This document shows positions 11,527-21,356 of a DNA stretch of 64,000 nt, piece by piece; within the stretch, counting starts at the first letter, position 1, and each line of letters opens with the position of its first letter. Under the pieces are notes generated by a model. It saw only the letters and a list, made by a program, of their open reading frames with translations, was not told the DNA's origin and ran no database searches. Position numbers and translations under genes: made by a program. Source of the stretch: Kiloniellaceae bacterium (GTDB lineage Bacteria > Pseudomonadota > Alphaproteobacteria > Kiloniellales > J153). The stretch covers positions 3,967 to 67,966 of the forward strand of contig JAJFGL010000040.1 in assembly GCA_021776135.1 (NCBI GenBank), given 5' to 3'.

Positions 11527-11913
11527 ATGTTTGGAAACGGAAAGTCCGGGCCGGCGGAAACCGGCGCCGCGCCCAAGCCGGCCGGCGGCAAGGTCCAGCA
11601 CTCGATCGTCACCCGCGAACTCACGGTCACCGGCGATATCGTCACCGGCGGCGATCTGACGGTCGAGGGCGCGGTTCACGGCAGCATCGCCTGCCGCACC
11701 CTGACCCTGGGCGGGACCCCCGACATCAAGGGCGACGTCAGGGCCGAAACCGTGCGCGTCTGCGGCGCCTTCTCCGGCACCATCGCCGCCAAGGAGGTCC
11801 ATCTGGTAAAATCGGCAGTCATGAGCGGCGATATCGCCTACAAGACCCTGATCATCGACGAGGGCGCCTCCTTCGAAGGCAAGGTCAAGCGCATGAAAGA
11901 CACGGGCGCCTGA
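11527..11913 (+). CDS. Bactofilin-family cytoskeletal protein
   Basis: 128 aa with a disordered N-terminus followed by beta-helix repeats (ELTVTGDIVTGGDLTVEGAVHGSIACRTLTLGGTPDIKGDVRAETVRVCGAFSGTI...), typical of DUF583/bactofilin. Confidence 0.85.
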   Translation: MFGNGKSGPAETGAAPKPAGGKVQHSIVTRELTVTGDIVTGGDLTVEGAVHGSIACRTLTLGGTPDIKGDVRAETVRVCGAFSGTIAAKEVHLVKSAVMSGDIAYKTLIIDEGASFEGKVKRMKDTGA

Positions 11914-11940
11914 GGCCATGGGGCCGATCTCCCTCTATTA

Positions 11941-11983
11941 GTCATACGCGGGCTTGACCCGCGTATCCATGGCCCTGGCAGGC
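11941..11983 (+). repeat. Hairpin repeat (GTCAT-ACGCGG-GCTTGAC-CCGCGT-ATCCATGG) with a shared 3' extension
   Basis: gtcatacgcgggcttgacccgcgtatccatggccctggcaggc is nearly identical over 43 nt to 39747-39789. Confidence 0.8.
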
Positions 11984-12029
11984 TCGAATCCGCCCACTTA
12001 AAATCCCCTCAGGCCCCCAAGCGTACCGC

Positions 12030-12061
12030 GTCGTCCCGGACCCCGATCCGGGATCTTCGGC
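12030..12061 (+). repeat. Hairpin repeat, CCCGG-stem subfamily
   Basis: gtcgtcccggaccccgatccgggatcttcggc. Compare 19040-19070, 19399-19428 and 19454-19485. Confidence 0.7.
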
Positions 12062-12073
12062 TTGGGTAGGTTT

Positions 12074-12165
12074 TTCACCACGAAGACGCGAAGACACTAA
12101 GAAGACGCGAAGAAACAAAAAACCCTTCTTCGCGCACCTTCGCGTCTTAGCGCCTTCGCGGTGAA
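12074..12165. repeat. Long imperfect palindromic repeat (ttcaccacgaag...cttcgcggtgaa family), copy A
   Basis: ttcaccacgaagacgcgaagacactaagaag ... cttcgcgtcttagcgccttcgcggtgaa. Related copies lie at 34156-34228 and 56041-56108. It sits between convergent genes. Confidence 0.7.
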
Positions 12166-12181
12166 GCTTCTTTTCTTCCCG

Positions 12182-13717
12182 TTACTTTATGCGGAAATGA
12201 TTCCTGACCGCCAGCAGGAACAGGAAAATCAGGACCGAGGACAGCAGCATTTGCACACCGCCCAGAAAGGAAATAAAGGGCGGAATCACGGGCGAGAACG
12301 ACCCAGGCAGGTCGCCCCACTTGGACTGACCTTCGGGGTAGATACCGTAGAGGCAACCGTAGACCTGGCTGAGCTTGCCGGTCGAATCGAGGCCGAAAAA
12401 AAGCAGGCCCTTACGCAGGGACAGTCCGAAGGCCGCCATCCAGGGCTCCCCCTCCCCGGCAAAGCAAGAAAGGTCCAATGTCGAGGTGCCGGCAAAAGTA
12501 AAGATGCGTGCGATGCTGCCACCAATACCTGGAAACACGTGAAAGGCGCGATCCAGGTGCTCGCCGAGGTAGAAGCCGGCAAATAGTGGGACGCTAGCGA
12601 CCCACCAAACGAAGGGCCGAACCAGGGAACCGCCGAAATCGGAAAACCATTCGTAAGGGTAGCTAAAAACACTGGGCCAGAAATTGCCCTCGGTCCAGCG
12701 CTCCGCCTTGATCTCACCCCGGAAGAACTTCAATTCACGCGTGTGATCGTGGCCTTGAATGGCGAGACGCTTTAGCGCCCGCCAGCGCGCGGCTAGGTCC
12801 GGTCCCGATTCAGAGCTTGCGGTGGAGGCAGTATTCATGCGCTCCAACTCGATACGGAGATTGTCGAGCCGGGGGGCTTCCTCGAAATGGGCCTGCTCGA
12901 ATTCCGGTACTTCATGGAACTCAGTTCCGGCAAGCGAAAAGGCGCGTTCGCCTCTTGAGGCGCTGAAGTCGGCACCTTTCAGAAACTCTGCATCTTGAAA
13001 GCTCGTGTAGCCTTTGAAGTGTGATTGCACGAACTTCGCATCGCTGTTGAAGACAGCCCATTTGAAGGTTGAATTACCTTCGAAGGTCACTAGGGAAAAC
13101 ACCAAGTAGTCCCCGAACTCCACCTGGTTGAAATCTGCACCGCCGTCAAACTTCGCTATCTCGAATACAGTGTAGTTCTTGAATTTAGCCGAGTTGAACT
13201 GCGCGTGGCTCATAAATTTCGCCCTGGTAAAGAGGACGAAGCCCTCGAACTCCGCCGCGATGAACAGCGCGTAGCCACCAAATTCTACGTCTGTGAAGTC
13301 AGCCCCGCCCTCGAATTCCGCATTGCTGAACGCTGCGGAGCCACCAAACTCAGCCTTATTGAACAGCGCGTTATCCATAAATTTCACATCGATGAAGGTC
13401 GCCCCGCCCTCGAATTTCGTCTCTGTAAAGTTAGCTCCACCTGGAAATTCGAACCCCAAAAAGTCAACTTCGTCTTTGAGCCTGCGCTGCGAGAAATCAG
13501 CTTTCGCCGCGTCGTGCCAATCTTGTGTTTCCTGGTTCCAATCACTTTTTCTCGCGCTATCCACCCAATCGCCCGCCGTCTTCAGCCTCTCGCGCTCCGC
13601 CAGCATTTCGGCGGCCCAGGCGTTCCAGGCGTCCTGGCCTTGCGCGTAGAGGGCGAGGGTTTCTTCTAGGTTCACGCGGGTTCCTCTCGGGTTTCGGCGC
13701 GGGCGTGCGTACAGCAT
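12182..13717 (-). CDS. Pentapeptide-repeat protein with C-terminal multi-TM domain
   Basis: 511 aa with a long run of 5-residue repeats (ANFTETKFEGGATFIDVKFMDNALFNKAEFGGSAAFSNAEFEGGADFTDVEFGG...), then a hydrophobic C-terminus with about 3 TM helices. An alternative GTG start at 13675 has an AGGA 6-7 nt upstream. The gene is visibly AT-richer than its neighbours. Confidence 0.85.
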   Translation of the reverse strand: MLYARPRRNPRGTRVNLEETLALYAQGQDAWNAWAAEMLAERERLKTAGDWVDSARKSDWNQETQDWHDAAKADFSQRRLKDEVDFLGFEFPGGANFTETKFEGGATFIDVKFMDNALFNKAEFGGSAAFSNAEFEGGADFTDVEFGGYALFIAAEFEGFVLFTRAKFMSHAQFNSAKFKNYTVFEIAKFDGGADFNQVEFGDYLVFSLVTFEGNSTFKWAVFNSDAKFVQSHFKGYTSFQDAEFLKGADFSASRGERAFSLAGTEFHEVPEFEQAHFEEAPRLDNLRIELERMNTASTASSESGPDLAARWRALKRLAIQGHDHTRELKFFRGEIKAERWTEGNFWPSVFSYPYEWFSDFGGSLVRPFVWWVASVPLFAGFYLGEHLDRAFHVFPGIGGSIARIFTFAGTSTLDLSCFAGEGEPWMAAFGLSLRKGLLFFGLDSTGKLSQVYGCLYGIYPEGQSKWGDLPGSFSPVIPPFISFLGGVQMLLSSVLIFLFLLAVRNHFRIK

Positions 13718-13785
13718 AGCGCGGCGGGGCGGGGGCGGATAGCGGGGGCTGGTGCGTGAAGGGCACCGACGCCTCTCGCCCCCGC

Positions 13786-13814
13786 TTGACCCATCCGCCC
13801 GCCGCGCTTATGTT
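13786..13814 (+). promoter_or_regulatory. Candidate sigma70-type promoter upstream of ffh
   Basis: TTGACC (13786-13791), a 17-nt spacer, then TATGTT (13809-13814), about 130 nt upstream of the ffh ATG. Confidence 0.35.
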
Positions 13815-13942
13815 CCGCCTCGTTCACGGGTAATTTCCTAAACGCCCGGCTCCCAAGTCCCGATTTATGGGGGGAGCTCCGCCGGTCCGCGAGTTTCGCG
13901 CGCCGGCGTGTTTTGCGTTTTGCGGTCGATATTAGGTGCGCG

Positions 13943-15316
13943 ATGTTCGATAGCCTGCAAGAACGCCTGGGCGATGTCCTCGGCAAGCTGACGCGCCGGG
14001 GGGCGCTGTCGGAGGCCGATGTGACGGCGGCCCTGCGCGAGGTTCGCGTGGCCTTGCTGGAGGCCGACGTGGCCCTGCCCGTGGTCAAGGACTTCGTCGA
14101 GAAGGTCCGCATTGAGGCGGTGGGCGAGAAGGTTCTGCGCTCGGTCGCCCCCGGCCAGATGGTCATCAAGATCGTCAACGACTGCCTGGTGGAGATGCTG
14201 GGCGCCGAGAGCGCCGGCCTGAATATCGACGTGCCGCCCCCGGCGGTGATCATGCTGGTCGGCCTGCAAGGCTCCGGCAAGACCACGTCCTGCGCCAAGA
14301 TCGGCCTGCGCCTGACCGCCAAGACCAAGAAGAAGGTTCTCATGGCCTCCCTCGACGTGCGCCGCCCGGCGGCGCAGGAGCAATTGAAGGTTCTGGGTAT
14401 CCAGGCCAATGTCCGCACCCTGGACATCGTGCCGGGCGAGCCCCCCGTCGCCATCGCCAAGCGCGCGGTGCGCACCGGGGCCCTGGAGGGCTTCGACGCG
14501 GTGCTGCTGGATACCGCCGGGCGCCTGGCCATCGACGAAGACATGATGAGCGAGGCCGCCGCCGTGCGCGACGCGGTCAAGCCCCACGAAACCCTGCTGG
14601 TCGCCGACGCCATGACCGGCCAGGACGCGGTCGCCGTGGCCGGGGGCTTTCACGGCAAAATCGGCCTGAGCGGCATCGTCCTGACCCGTGTGGACGGCGA
14701 CGCGCGGGGGGGCGCGGCCCTATCCATGCGCGCGGTCACCGGCTGCCCGATCAAACTCATGGGTGTGGGCGAAGGCCTCGACGCCCTGGAGGATTTCCAT
14801 CCCGAGCGTATCGCCTCGCGCATACTGGGCATGGGCGACGTGGTCTCCCTGGTGGAAAAAGCAACCGAGACCATCGAGGCCGAAGACGCCGAAAAACTCG
14901 CCAAGAAATTCCAAAAGGGCCAGTTCGACCTCGACGATCTGGGCCAGCAGCTCAAGCAAATGCTCAAGATGGGCGGCCTATCGGGCATGATGGATTTGCT
15001 GCCCGGCATGTCCAAGGGCCAGCAGGCGAAAATCAAGAACGCCAAGGTCGACGACGGCGCGATTCGGCGCCAGTTGGCCATGTTGTCGTCCATGACCCCC
15101 TTGGAGCGGCGGCGGCCAGAACTCATTAAGGCGAGCCGCAAGCAACGCATCGCCGCCGGGTCGGGTACCCAGGTTCAGGATCTCAACAAGCTTATGAAAC
15201 AGCACAAGGAAGCCAGCCGCATGATGAAGCGGGTCCGCAAGATGGGCCAAAAAGGCATGTTGCGCGGCGGCCTCGGAAGTCTTCTGCCCGGCAAGGGCGG
15301 CGGCTTTCCGCACTAG
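13943..15316 (+). CDS. ffh: Signal recognition particle protein Ffh
   Basis: ORF track 13913-15316. Start moved to MFDSLQERL (ATG 13943). It has GTPase motifs GLQGSGKTT and DTAGR, and a Met-rich M domain (MLKMGGLSGMMDLLPGM). Confidence 0.95.
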   Translation: MFDSLQERLGDVLGKLTRRGALSEADVTAALREVRVALLEADVALPVVKDFVEKVRIEAVGEKVLRSVAPGQMVIKIVNDCLVEMLGAESAGLNIDVPPPAVIMLVGLQGSGKTTSCAKIGLRLTAKTKKKVLMASLDVRRPAAQEQLKVLGIQANVRTLDIVPGEPPVAIAKRAVRTGALEGFDAVLLDTAGRLAIDEDMMSEAAAVRDAVKPHETLLVADAMTGQDAVAVAGGFHGKIGLSGIVLTRVDGDARGGAALSMRAVTGCPIKLMGVGEGLDALEDFHPERIASRILGMGDVVSLVEKATETIEAEDAEKLAKKFQKGQFDLDDLGQQLKQMLKMGGLSGMMDLLPGMSKGQQAKIKNAKVDDGAIRRQLAMLSSMTPLERRRPELIKASRKQRIAAGSGTQVQDLNKLMKQHKEASRMMKRVRKMGQKGMLRGGLGSLLPGKGGGFPH

Positions 15317-15364
15317 ATAATTTTCACCGACGGCAGACACCTCTAAGAAGGAACAAAGCAAACC

Positions 15365-15799
15365 ATGTCACTTAGAATCAGACTGGCCCGGGGCGGCGCC
15401 AAGAAGCGGCCCTTCTACCGGATCGTGGTCGCCGATTCGCGCAGCCCGCGCGATGGCCGCTTTATCGAGAAAATCGGCATCCACAATCCCATGGTCGCCA
15501 AGGATCATCCCGACCGCCTGCGCCTGGACGTAGAGCGGGCCAAGCATTGGCTGTCGGTCGGCGCCACGGCCAGCGACCGGGTCGGACGCTTCCTGGCGGC
15601 GGCCGATCTCATGCCCATGCCCAACCAAAAGCGCCAGACCGCGAAGCATCTGCCCAAGGCCAAGGCTCAGGAACGCGCCGCCGCCCTGGAAGAAGCCAAG
15701 AAAGCCGCCGCCGAAGCAGCAGCAGCCCCGGCGCCGGCCGAGGAGACCCCTCCTCCGGCTGAGGAAACCCCGGCGGAAGAAACGCCCGCCGAGGCTTAA
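15365..15799 (+). CDS. rpsP: 30S ribosomal protein S16 with an Ala/Glu/Pro-rich C-terminal extension
   Basis: The N-terminus [35 protein letters not shown] is canonical S16. At 144 aa it is longer than a typical S16. Confidence 0.95.
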   Translation: MSLRIRLARGGAKKRPFYRIVVADSRSPRDGRFIEKIGIHNPMVAKDHPDRLRLDVERAKHWLSVGATASDRVGRFLAAADLMPMPNQKRQTAKHLPKAKAQERAAALEEAKKAAAEAAAAPAPAEETPPPAEETPAEETPAEA

Positions 15800-15808
15800 G
15801 CCGCCGCC

Positions 15809-16360
15809 GTGGCCGCGAAGCGGGAACCGCCGGACCGGATTTGCCTGGGGGTCGTCGCGGGCGCCCATGGGGTGCGCGGCCTGGTGAAGATCAAGAGCTT
15901 CACCGAGACGCCGGGGGACATCCTTGCTTACGGCCCCTTGTCGGACGAGGCGGGGACGCGGCGTTTCGAGATCACGCTCAAGGGTCTGGCCAAGGGCGCG
16001 GTTCTGGCCGCCATCGCTGGGATCGGCGGCCGGGACGCGGCCCAGGCCCTGAAGGGCACGGGGTTGTATGTGGCGCGCGCGGCCTTGCCCGCGCCCGAGG
16101 ACGAGGAGGCGTACTACCACGCCGATCTGGTCGGCCTCAGGGCCGAAGACCGGGAGGGTGCGGCCCTTGGCCGGGTTACGGCGGTTCACAACTTCGGCGC
16201 CGGGGATATGCTGGAGATCGCGCGGGAAGACGGCGGGGAACTGCTGGTGCCCTTCACCAAGGCGGCGGTGCCGGAGGTCGATCTAGAGGCCGGACGCCTG
16301 ACCCTCGACCCCCCGGACGAGACCCTGGTTGAGAGCAGGGCGGAGAAGAACGATGACTGA
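15809..16360 (+). CDS. rimM: 16S rRNA processing protein RimM
   Basis: 183 aa with a GTG start, the motif [19 protein letters not shown], and a position between rpsP and trmD. Confidence 0.9.
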   Translation: MAAKREPPDRICLGVVAGAHGVRGLVKIKSFTETPGDILAYGPLSDEAGTRRFEITLKGLAKGAVLAAIAGIGGRDAAQALKGTGLYVARAALPAPEDEEAYYHADLVGLRAEDREGAALGRVTAVHNFGAGDMLEIAREDGGELLVPFTKAAVPEVDLEAGRLTLDPPDETLVESRAEKNDD

Positions 16361-17111
16361 GCCCACTGGCCCCGCCTGGACGCCCACTGGCCCCGCCTGG
16401 ACGGCACGGGTTTTGACCCTGTTTCCGGAGATGTTTCCCGGCTTTCTGGGCTTCAGCCTGGCGGGAAAAGCGCTGGAAAAAGGGATTTGGGCGCTCGATG
16501 TTCTGGACATCCGGGACTTCGCGCGCGATAAACACCGCTCCGTCGACGATGCCCCCTTTGGGGGCGGGGCCGGAATGGTCATGCGGCCCGAGGTTCTGGA
16601 CGCGGCGCTCGAGGCAGCGCGCGGGCGGGAGGGCGGAAACGCCGGCCAAGCGGTTTATCTATCGCCCCGTGGGCGCCTGCTGGATCAGGCCCTGGTGCGG
16701 GACTTGGCGGCGGGGACGGGTATGACGCTGCTGTGCGGCCGCTACGAAGGCGTCGATCAGCGGGTCTTGGAGGCACGCGGGGTGGCCGAGGTGAGTATCG
16801 GCGACTATGTGCTTTCCGGGGGCGAGCCGGCGGCGCTGACATTGCTGGACGCCGTGGTGCGTCTCTTGCCCGGGGTTTTGGGCAACGAGGACAGCCCGGC
16901 GGAGGAGTCGTTCGAACGGGGATTGTTGGAACATCCCCACTACACCAGGCCCGCCGAGTGGCGCGGCCGCAAGGTGCCGGAGGTTCTGCTCTCCGGCCAC
17001 CACGATAACATCCGCGAATGGCGGAAAACGCAGTCGGAACAAGTCACGCGGGAACGCCGCCCGGATCTTTGGGCGCGCCGGTCCCGCACAAACGTTGAAG
17101 ACAAGGGATAA
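16353..17111 (+). CDS. trmD: tRNA (guanine37-N1)-methyltransferase TrmD
   Basis: ORF track 16329-17111. Likely start is ATG 16353, overlapping the rimM stop. Motifs include [10 protein letters not shown] and [11 protein letters not shown]. Confidence 0.93.
   Translation: MTEPTGPAWTPTGPAWTARVLTLFPEMFPGFLGFSLAGKALEKGIWALDVLDIRDFARDKHRSVDDAPFGGGAGMVMRPEVLDAALEAARGREGGNAGQAVYLSPRGRLLDQALVRDLAAGTGMTLLCGRYEGVDQRVLEARGVAEVSIGDYVLSGGEPAALTLLDAVVRLLPGVLGNEDSPAEESFERGLLEHPHYTRPAEWRGRKVPEVLLSGHHDNIREWRKTQSEQVTRERRPDLWARRSRTNVEDKG
16362..16403 (+). repeat. Perfect 21-bp tandem duplication in the 5' end of trmD
   Basis: cccactggccccgcctggacg occurs twice (16362-16382 and 16383-16403). This duplicates the heptapeptide PTGPAWT. 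Confidence 0.9.
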
Positions 17112-17116
17112 AGACC

Positions 17117-17608
17117 ATGAATACGATCGAACGGCTCGACCAAGAGCAGATCGCGAAACTGACCGCCGGCAAGACCATGCCCGACTTCGCCCCCGGCGAT
17201 ACGGTCAAGGTCAACGTCAAGGTGGTCGAGGGCACCCGCGAGCGTCTTCAGGCCTATGAGGGCGTGTGTATCGCGCGCAAGAACCGGGGCCTGAATTCCT
17301 CCTTCACGGTGCGCAAGATTTCCTACAACGAAGGGGTGGAGCGTATCTTTCCGCTGTATTCCCCGATGATCGATTCGGTCGAGTTGGTCCGCCGGGGCGA
17401 CGTGCGCCGGGCCAAGCTCTATTACCTGCGCGGCCGGCGCGGTAAGTCGGCGCGGATCGCGGAAAAGACCACCGGCGCCGCCGGCAAGGCGGCCGCTTCC
17501 GAGCGGATCGAAGCCGCCGCCGCCAAGGCCAAGACCGCCAAGGAAGTCAAAGCCGCCAAGGCCGAAAAAGCGGAAAAGACGGCCAAGGCCAAGGCCGCCA
17601 AAGCTTGA
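17117..17608 (+). CDS. rplS: 50S ribosomal protein L19 with a Lys/Ala-rich C-terminal tail
   Basis: The protein has an L19 core ([35 protein letters not shown]) and the tail ...[30 protein letters not shown]. Confidence 0.95.
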   Translation: MNTIERLDQEQIAKLTAGKTMPDFAPGDTVKVNVKVVEGTRERLQAYEGVCIARKNRGLNSSFTVRKISYNEGVERIFPLYSPMIDSVELVRRGDVRRAKLYYLRGRRGKSARIAEKTTGAAGKAAASERIEAAAAKAKTAKEVKAAKAEKAEKTAKAKAAKA

Positions 17609-17622
17609 CGTCAGGGGCCTCC

Positions 17623-19029
<1,407 letters not shown>

Positions 19030-19039
19030 GGTTTGGATC

Positions 19040-19070
19040 GTCATCCCGGCCTCAATCCGGGGTCTTCGGC
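19040..19070 (+). repeat. Hairpin repeat, CCCGG-stem subfamily (left flank of GIY-YIG ORF)
   Basis: gtcatcccggcctcaatccggggtcttcggc, located 11 nt after the leuC stop. Confidence 0.75.
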
Positions 19071-19102
19071 CCAACAGTCGAAAGCCGCTATAAACCGATG
19101 GC

Positions 19103-19398
19103 ATGGAGAAACGCTTCTACATTTACATCTCGCCAGCAAACCCCGCGGTTCGATCTACATCGGCGTAACGAGCGATCTGGTGCGGCGGGTTTGGCAACAC
19201 AAGGAAGGGGCGGCGGACAGTCATACGAAGCGGTACTGGATTAAACATCTCGTCTATTTCGAGGAACACGCGACGGCCGAGGCCGCCATTGGGCGGGAGA
19301 AGCAATTGAAAGGCTGGCGCCGGGCCTGGAAAGACGATTTGATTGAGGCTGGAAACCGCGATTGGCGGGACCTTTACGGCGATATCGCCAAGCCCTGA
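19103..19398 (+). pseudogene. GIY-YIG nuclease family (COG2827/UPF0213-like) small ORF, apparently frameshifted near the N-terminus
   Basis: ATG 19103 reads MEKRFYIYI and then falls out of frame. The track frame (19033-19398) reads ...LASKPRGSIYIGVTSDLVRRVWQHKEG...REKQLKGWRRAWK. One extra C at about 19129/19130 would give the canonical MEKRFYIYILASKPRGSIYIGVT. Confidence 0.6.
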
Positions 19399-19428
19399 GC
19401 GAAGATCCCGGATCAAGTCCGGGATGAC
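19399..19428 (-). repeat. Hairpin repeat, CCCGG-stem subfamily, inverted relative to 19040-19070 (right flank of GIY-YIG ORF)
   Basis: gcgaagatcccggatcaagtccgggatgac has the reverse complement gtcatcccggacttgatccgggatcttcgc. It starts 1 nt after the ORF stop. Confidence 0.75.
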
Positions 19429-19453
19429 GAAAGTTGAGTTGGTATACGCCCCC

Positions 19454-19485
19454 GTCACCCCGGACTTGATCCGGGGTCTTCGGGG
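19454..19485 (+). repeat. Hairpin repeat, CCCGG-stem subfamily
   Basis: gtcaccccggacttgatccggggtcttcgggg. Confidence 0.75.
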
Positions 19486-19540
19486 AAAACGAAGTGCGGG
19501 TGCGGCCCTTAAAGGGCGGGGCCTATCTGGGAGTAAAAAT

Positions 19541-20152
19541 ATGGATAAGTTCACCACTTTACGCGGGGTTGCCGCGCCCTTGCCGATGGTCAATGTCGAT
19601 ACCGACAAGATCATCCCCAAGCAGTTCCTGAAAACCATTGCCCGCACCGGCCTGTCCAAGGGCCTGTTCTACGAGATGCGCTTCGACGAGGACGGTAAGC
19701 CGAAAGAGGGTTTCGTTCTCGACCAGCCGGCCTATAAAAACGCGCAAATACTGGTCGCGGGCGATAATTTCGGCTGCGGGTCGTCGCGCGAACACGCGCC
19801 CTGGGCGTTGTTGGACGCCGGTATCCGCTGCATCGTCTCCACCGGCTTCGCCGATATTTTTTATAACAACTGCTTCAAGAACGGCATCCTGCCCATCGTC
19901 TTGCCGAAGGCGCAGGTCGATATGCTCATGGACGACGCCGGGCGCGGCGCCAATGCGATTCTGTCCATCGATCTGAAAGATCAGGTCATTACCGGCCCGG
20001 ACGGCGGCACGATTAGTTTCGAGGTCGATCCCTTCCGCAAGCATTGCCTGCTCAACGGCCTGGACGATATCGGCCTGACCCTGGAAAAGGCCGATAAAAT
20101 CGACGATTACGAGGCCAAGCAAAATCATAGCCAGCCTTGGCTGGCGGGGTAA
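19541..20152 (+). CDS. leuD: 3-isopropylmalate dehydratase small subunit
   Basis: ORF track 19343-20152. Start moved to [14 protein letters not shown] (ATG 19541), with GGGAG 8-12 nt upstream. The upstream part of the track ORF is repeat DNA. Confidence 0.95.
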   Translation: MDKFTTLRGVAAPLPMVNVDTDKIIPKQFLKTIARTGLSKGLFYEMRFDEDGKPKEGFVLDQPAYKNAQILVAGDNFGCGSSREHAPWALLDAGIRCIVSTGFADIFYNNCFKNGILPIVLPKAQVDMLMDDAGRGANAILSIDLKDQVITGPDGGTISFEVDPFRKHCLLNGLDDIGLTLEKADKIDDYEAKQNHSQPWLAG

Positions 20153-20157
20153 AGATC

Positions 20158-21270
20158 ATGGCCGCGAATAAAAAGCTACTGGTTCTGCCGGGCGACGGCA
20201 TCGGGCCCGAGGTCATGGGCGAGGTCTCGCGGGTGGTCGAGTGGTTCGGCGACCGCCGGGCGCTGAAGTTCGAGACCGAGGAAGGCCTGGTCGGCGGCGC
20301 CGCCATCGACGCCCAAGGCACGCCCCTCGCCGACGCCACCATGGCCAAGGCCATGGACGCCGACGCGGTGCTGCTGGGCGCCGTCGGCGGACCCAAGTGG
20401 GATAACCTGCCCTTTGAACAAAAGCCGGAACGCGGCCTTCTGCGCCTTCGTAAGGACATGGCTTTGTTCGCTAATTTGCGGCCCGCCATCTGCTTCGACG
20501 CGCTGGTCGAGGCGTCCTCGCTCAAGGCTGAAATTGTCGCCGGCCTGGATATCATGATCCTGCGCGAACTGACCGGCGGGGTTTATTTCGGCACCCCGCG
20601 GGGCATCGAAACCCTGGCCGACGGCACCAGGCGCGGGATTAATACCCAGGTTTATACGACCCCTGAAATTCACCGGGTCGCCCGGGTCGGCTTTGAGCTG
20701 GCGCGCAAGCGGAGCAATAAATTGTGCTCGGTCGAGAAGGCGAATGTCATGGAATCGGGCGTGCTCTGGCGCGAGGAAGTGCAAAAACTGCATGACGCCG
20801 AGTACGGGGATGTCGAGCTGACGCATATGTACGCCGATAACTGCGCCATGCAGCTGGTGCGCGCGCCCAAGCAGTTCGACGTCATCGTCACCGACAACTT
20901 GTTCGGCGACATGCTCTCGGACCAGGCCGCCATGTTGACCGGCTCCCTGGGCATGTTGCCCTCGGCCTCCCTCGGCGATCCCGACGAGACCGGACGGCGC
21001 AAAGCGCTGTACGAGCCGGTCCACGGCACCGCCCCCGACATCGCCGGCCAGGGCCAGGCCAACCCCATCGCCTGCGTGCTCAGCTTCGCCATGATGCTGC
21101 GCTATTCCCTCGATCTGGGCGGCGAGGCCGATCTGGTGGAAACCGCCGTGCGCAACGTCCTGGCCAGCGGCAAACGCACCGCCGATATTGCCGCCCCGGG
21201 CGAGGCCGCGCTCTCGACCGCCGAAATGGGCGCCGCCGTCCTGGCTGAGTTGGAGACCCTGGGGGCCTGA
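20158..21270 (+). CDS. leuB: 3-isopropylmalate dehydrogenase
   Basis: Start at [19 protein letters not shown] (ATG 20158). It has the isocitrate/isopropylmalate dehydrogenase motif [26 protein letters not shown]. Confidence 0.95.
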   Translation: MAANKKLLVLPGDGIGPEVMGEVSRVVEWFGDRRALKFETEEGLVGGAAIDAQGTPLADATMAKAMDADAVLLGAVGGPKWDNLPFEQKPERGLLRLRKDMALFANLRPAICFDALVEASSLKAEIVAGLDIMILRELTGGVYFGTPRGIETLADGTRRGINTQVYTTPEIHRVARVGFELARKRSNKLCSVEKANVMESGVLWREEVQKLHDAEYGDVELTHMYADNCAMQLVRAPKQFDVIVTDNLFGDMLSDQAAMLTGSLGMLPSASLGDPDETGRRKALYEPVHGTAPDIAGQGQANPIACVLSFAMMLRYSLDLGGEADLVETAVRNVLASGKRTADIAAPGEAALSTAEMGAAVLAELETLGA

Positions 21271-21290
21271 GCGGCCCACGAAAGCGTTAA

Positions 21291-21319
21291 TTGACGCTTT
21301 ACATTGGGTTGCGTATGAT
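21291..21319 (+). promoter_or_regulatory. Near-consensus sigma70-type promoter
   Basis: TTGACG (21291-21296), a 17-nt spacer, then TATGAT (21314-21319), about 40 nt upstream of the small ORF start. Confidence 0.45.
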
Positions 21320-21356
21320 TCGCACCTTGCTTCAACAACAGAAAGGAGGTGATCCG

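Noticed and set aside
11527-13717. Bactofilin plus pentapeptide-repeat protein as a functional pair
   Set aside because: The genes are convergent and separated by three stacked repeat elements, and their composition differs. Nothing indicates co-expression.
13672-14653. Minus-strand ORFs of 313 and 262 aa antisense to ffh
   Set aside because: They are shadow ORFs of ffh, with low-complexity Ser/Arg/Ala or Gly/His/Asp-rich translations.
20176-21279. 367-aa minus-strand ORF antisense to leuB
   Set aside because: It is a shadow ORF, because leuB on the plus strand is unambiguous.
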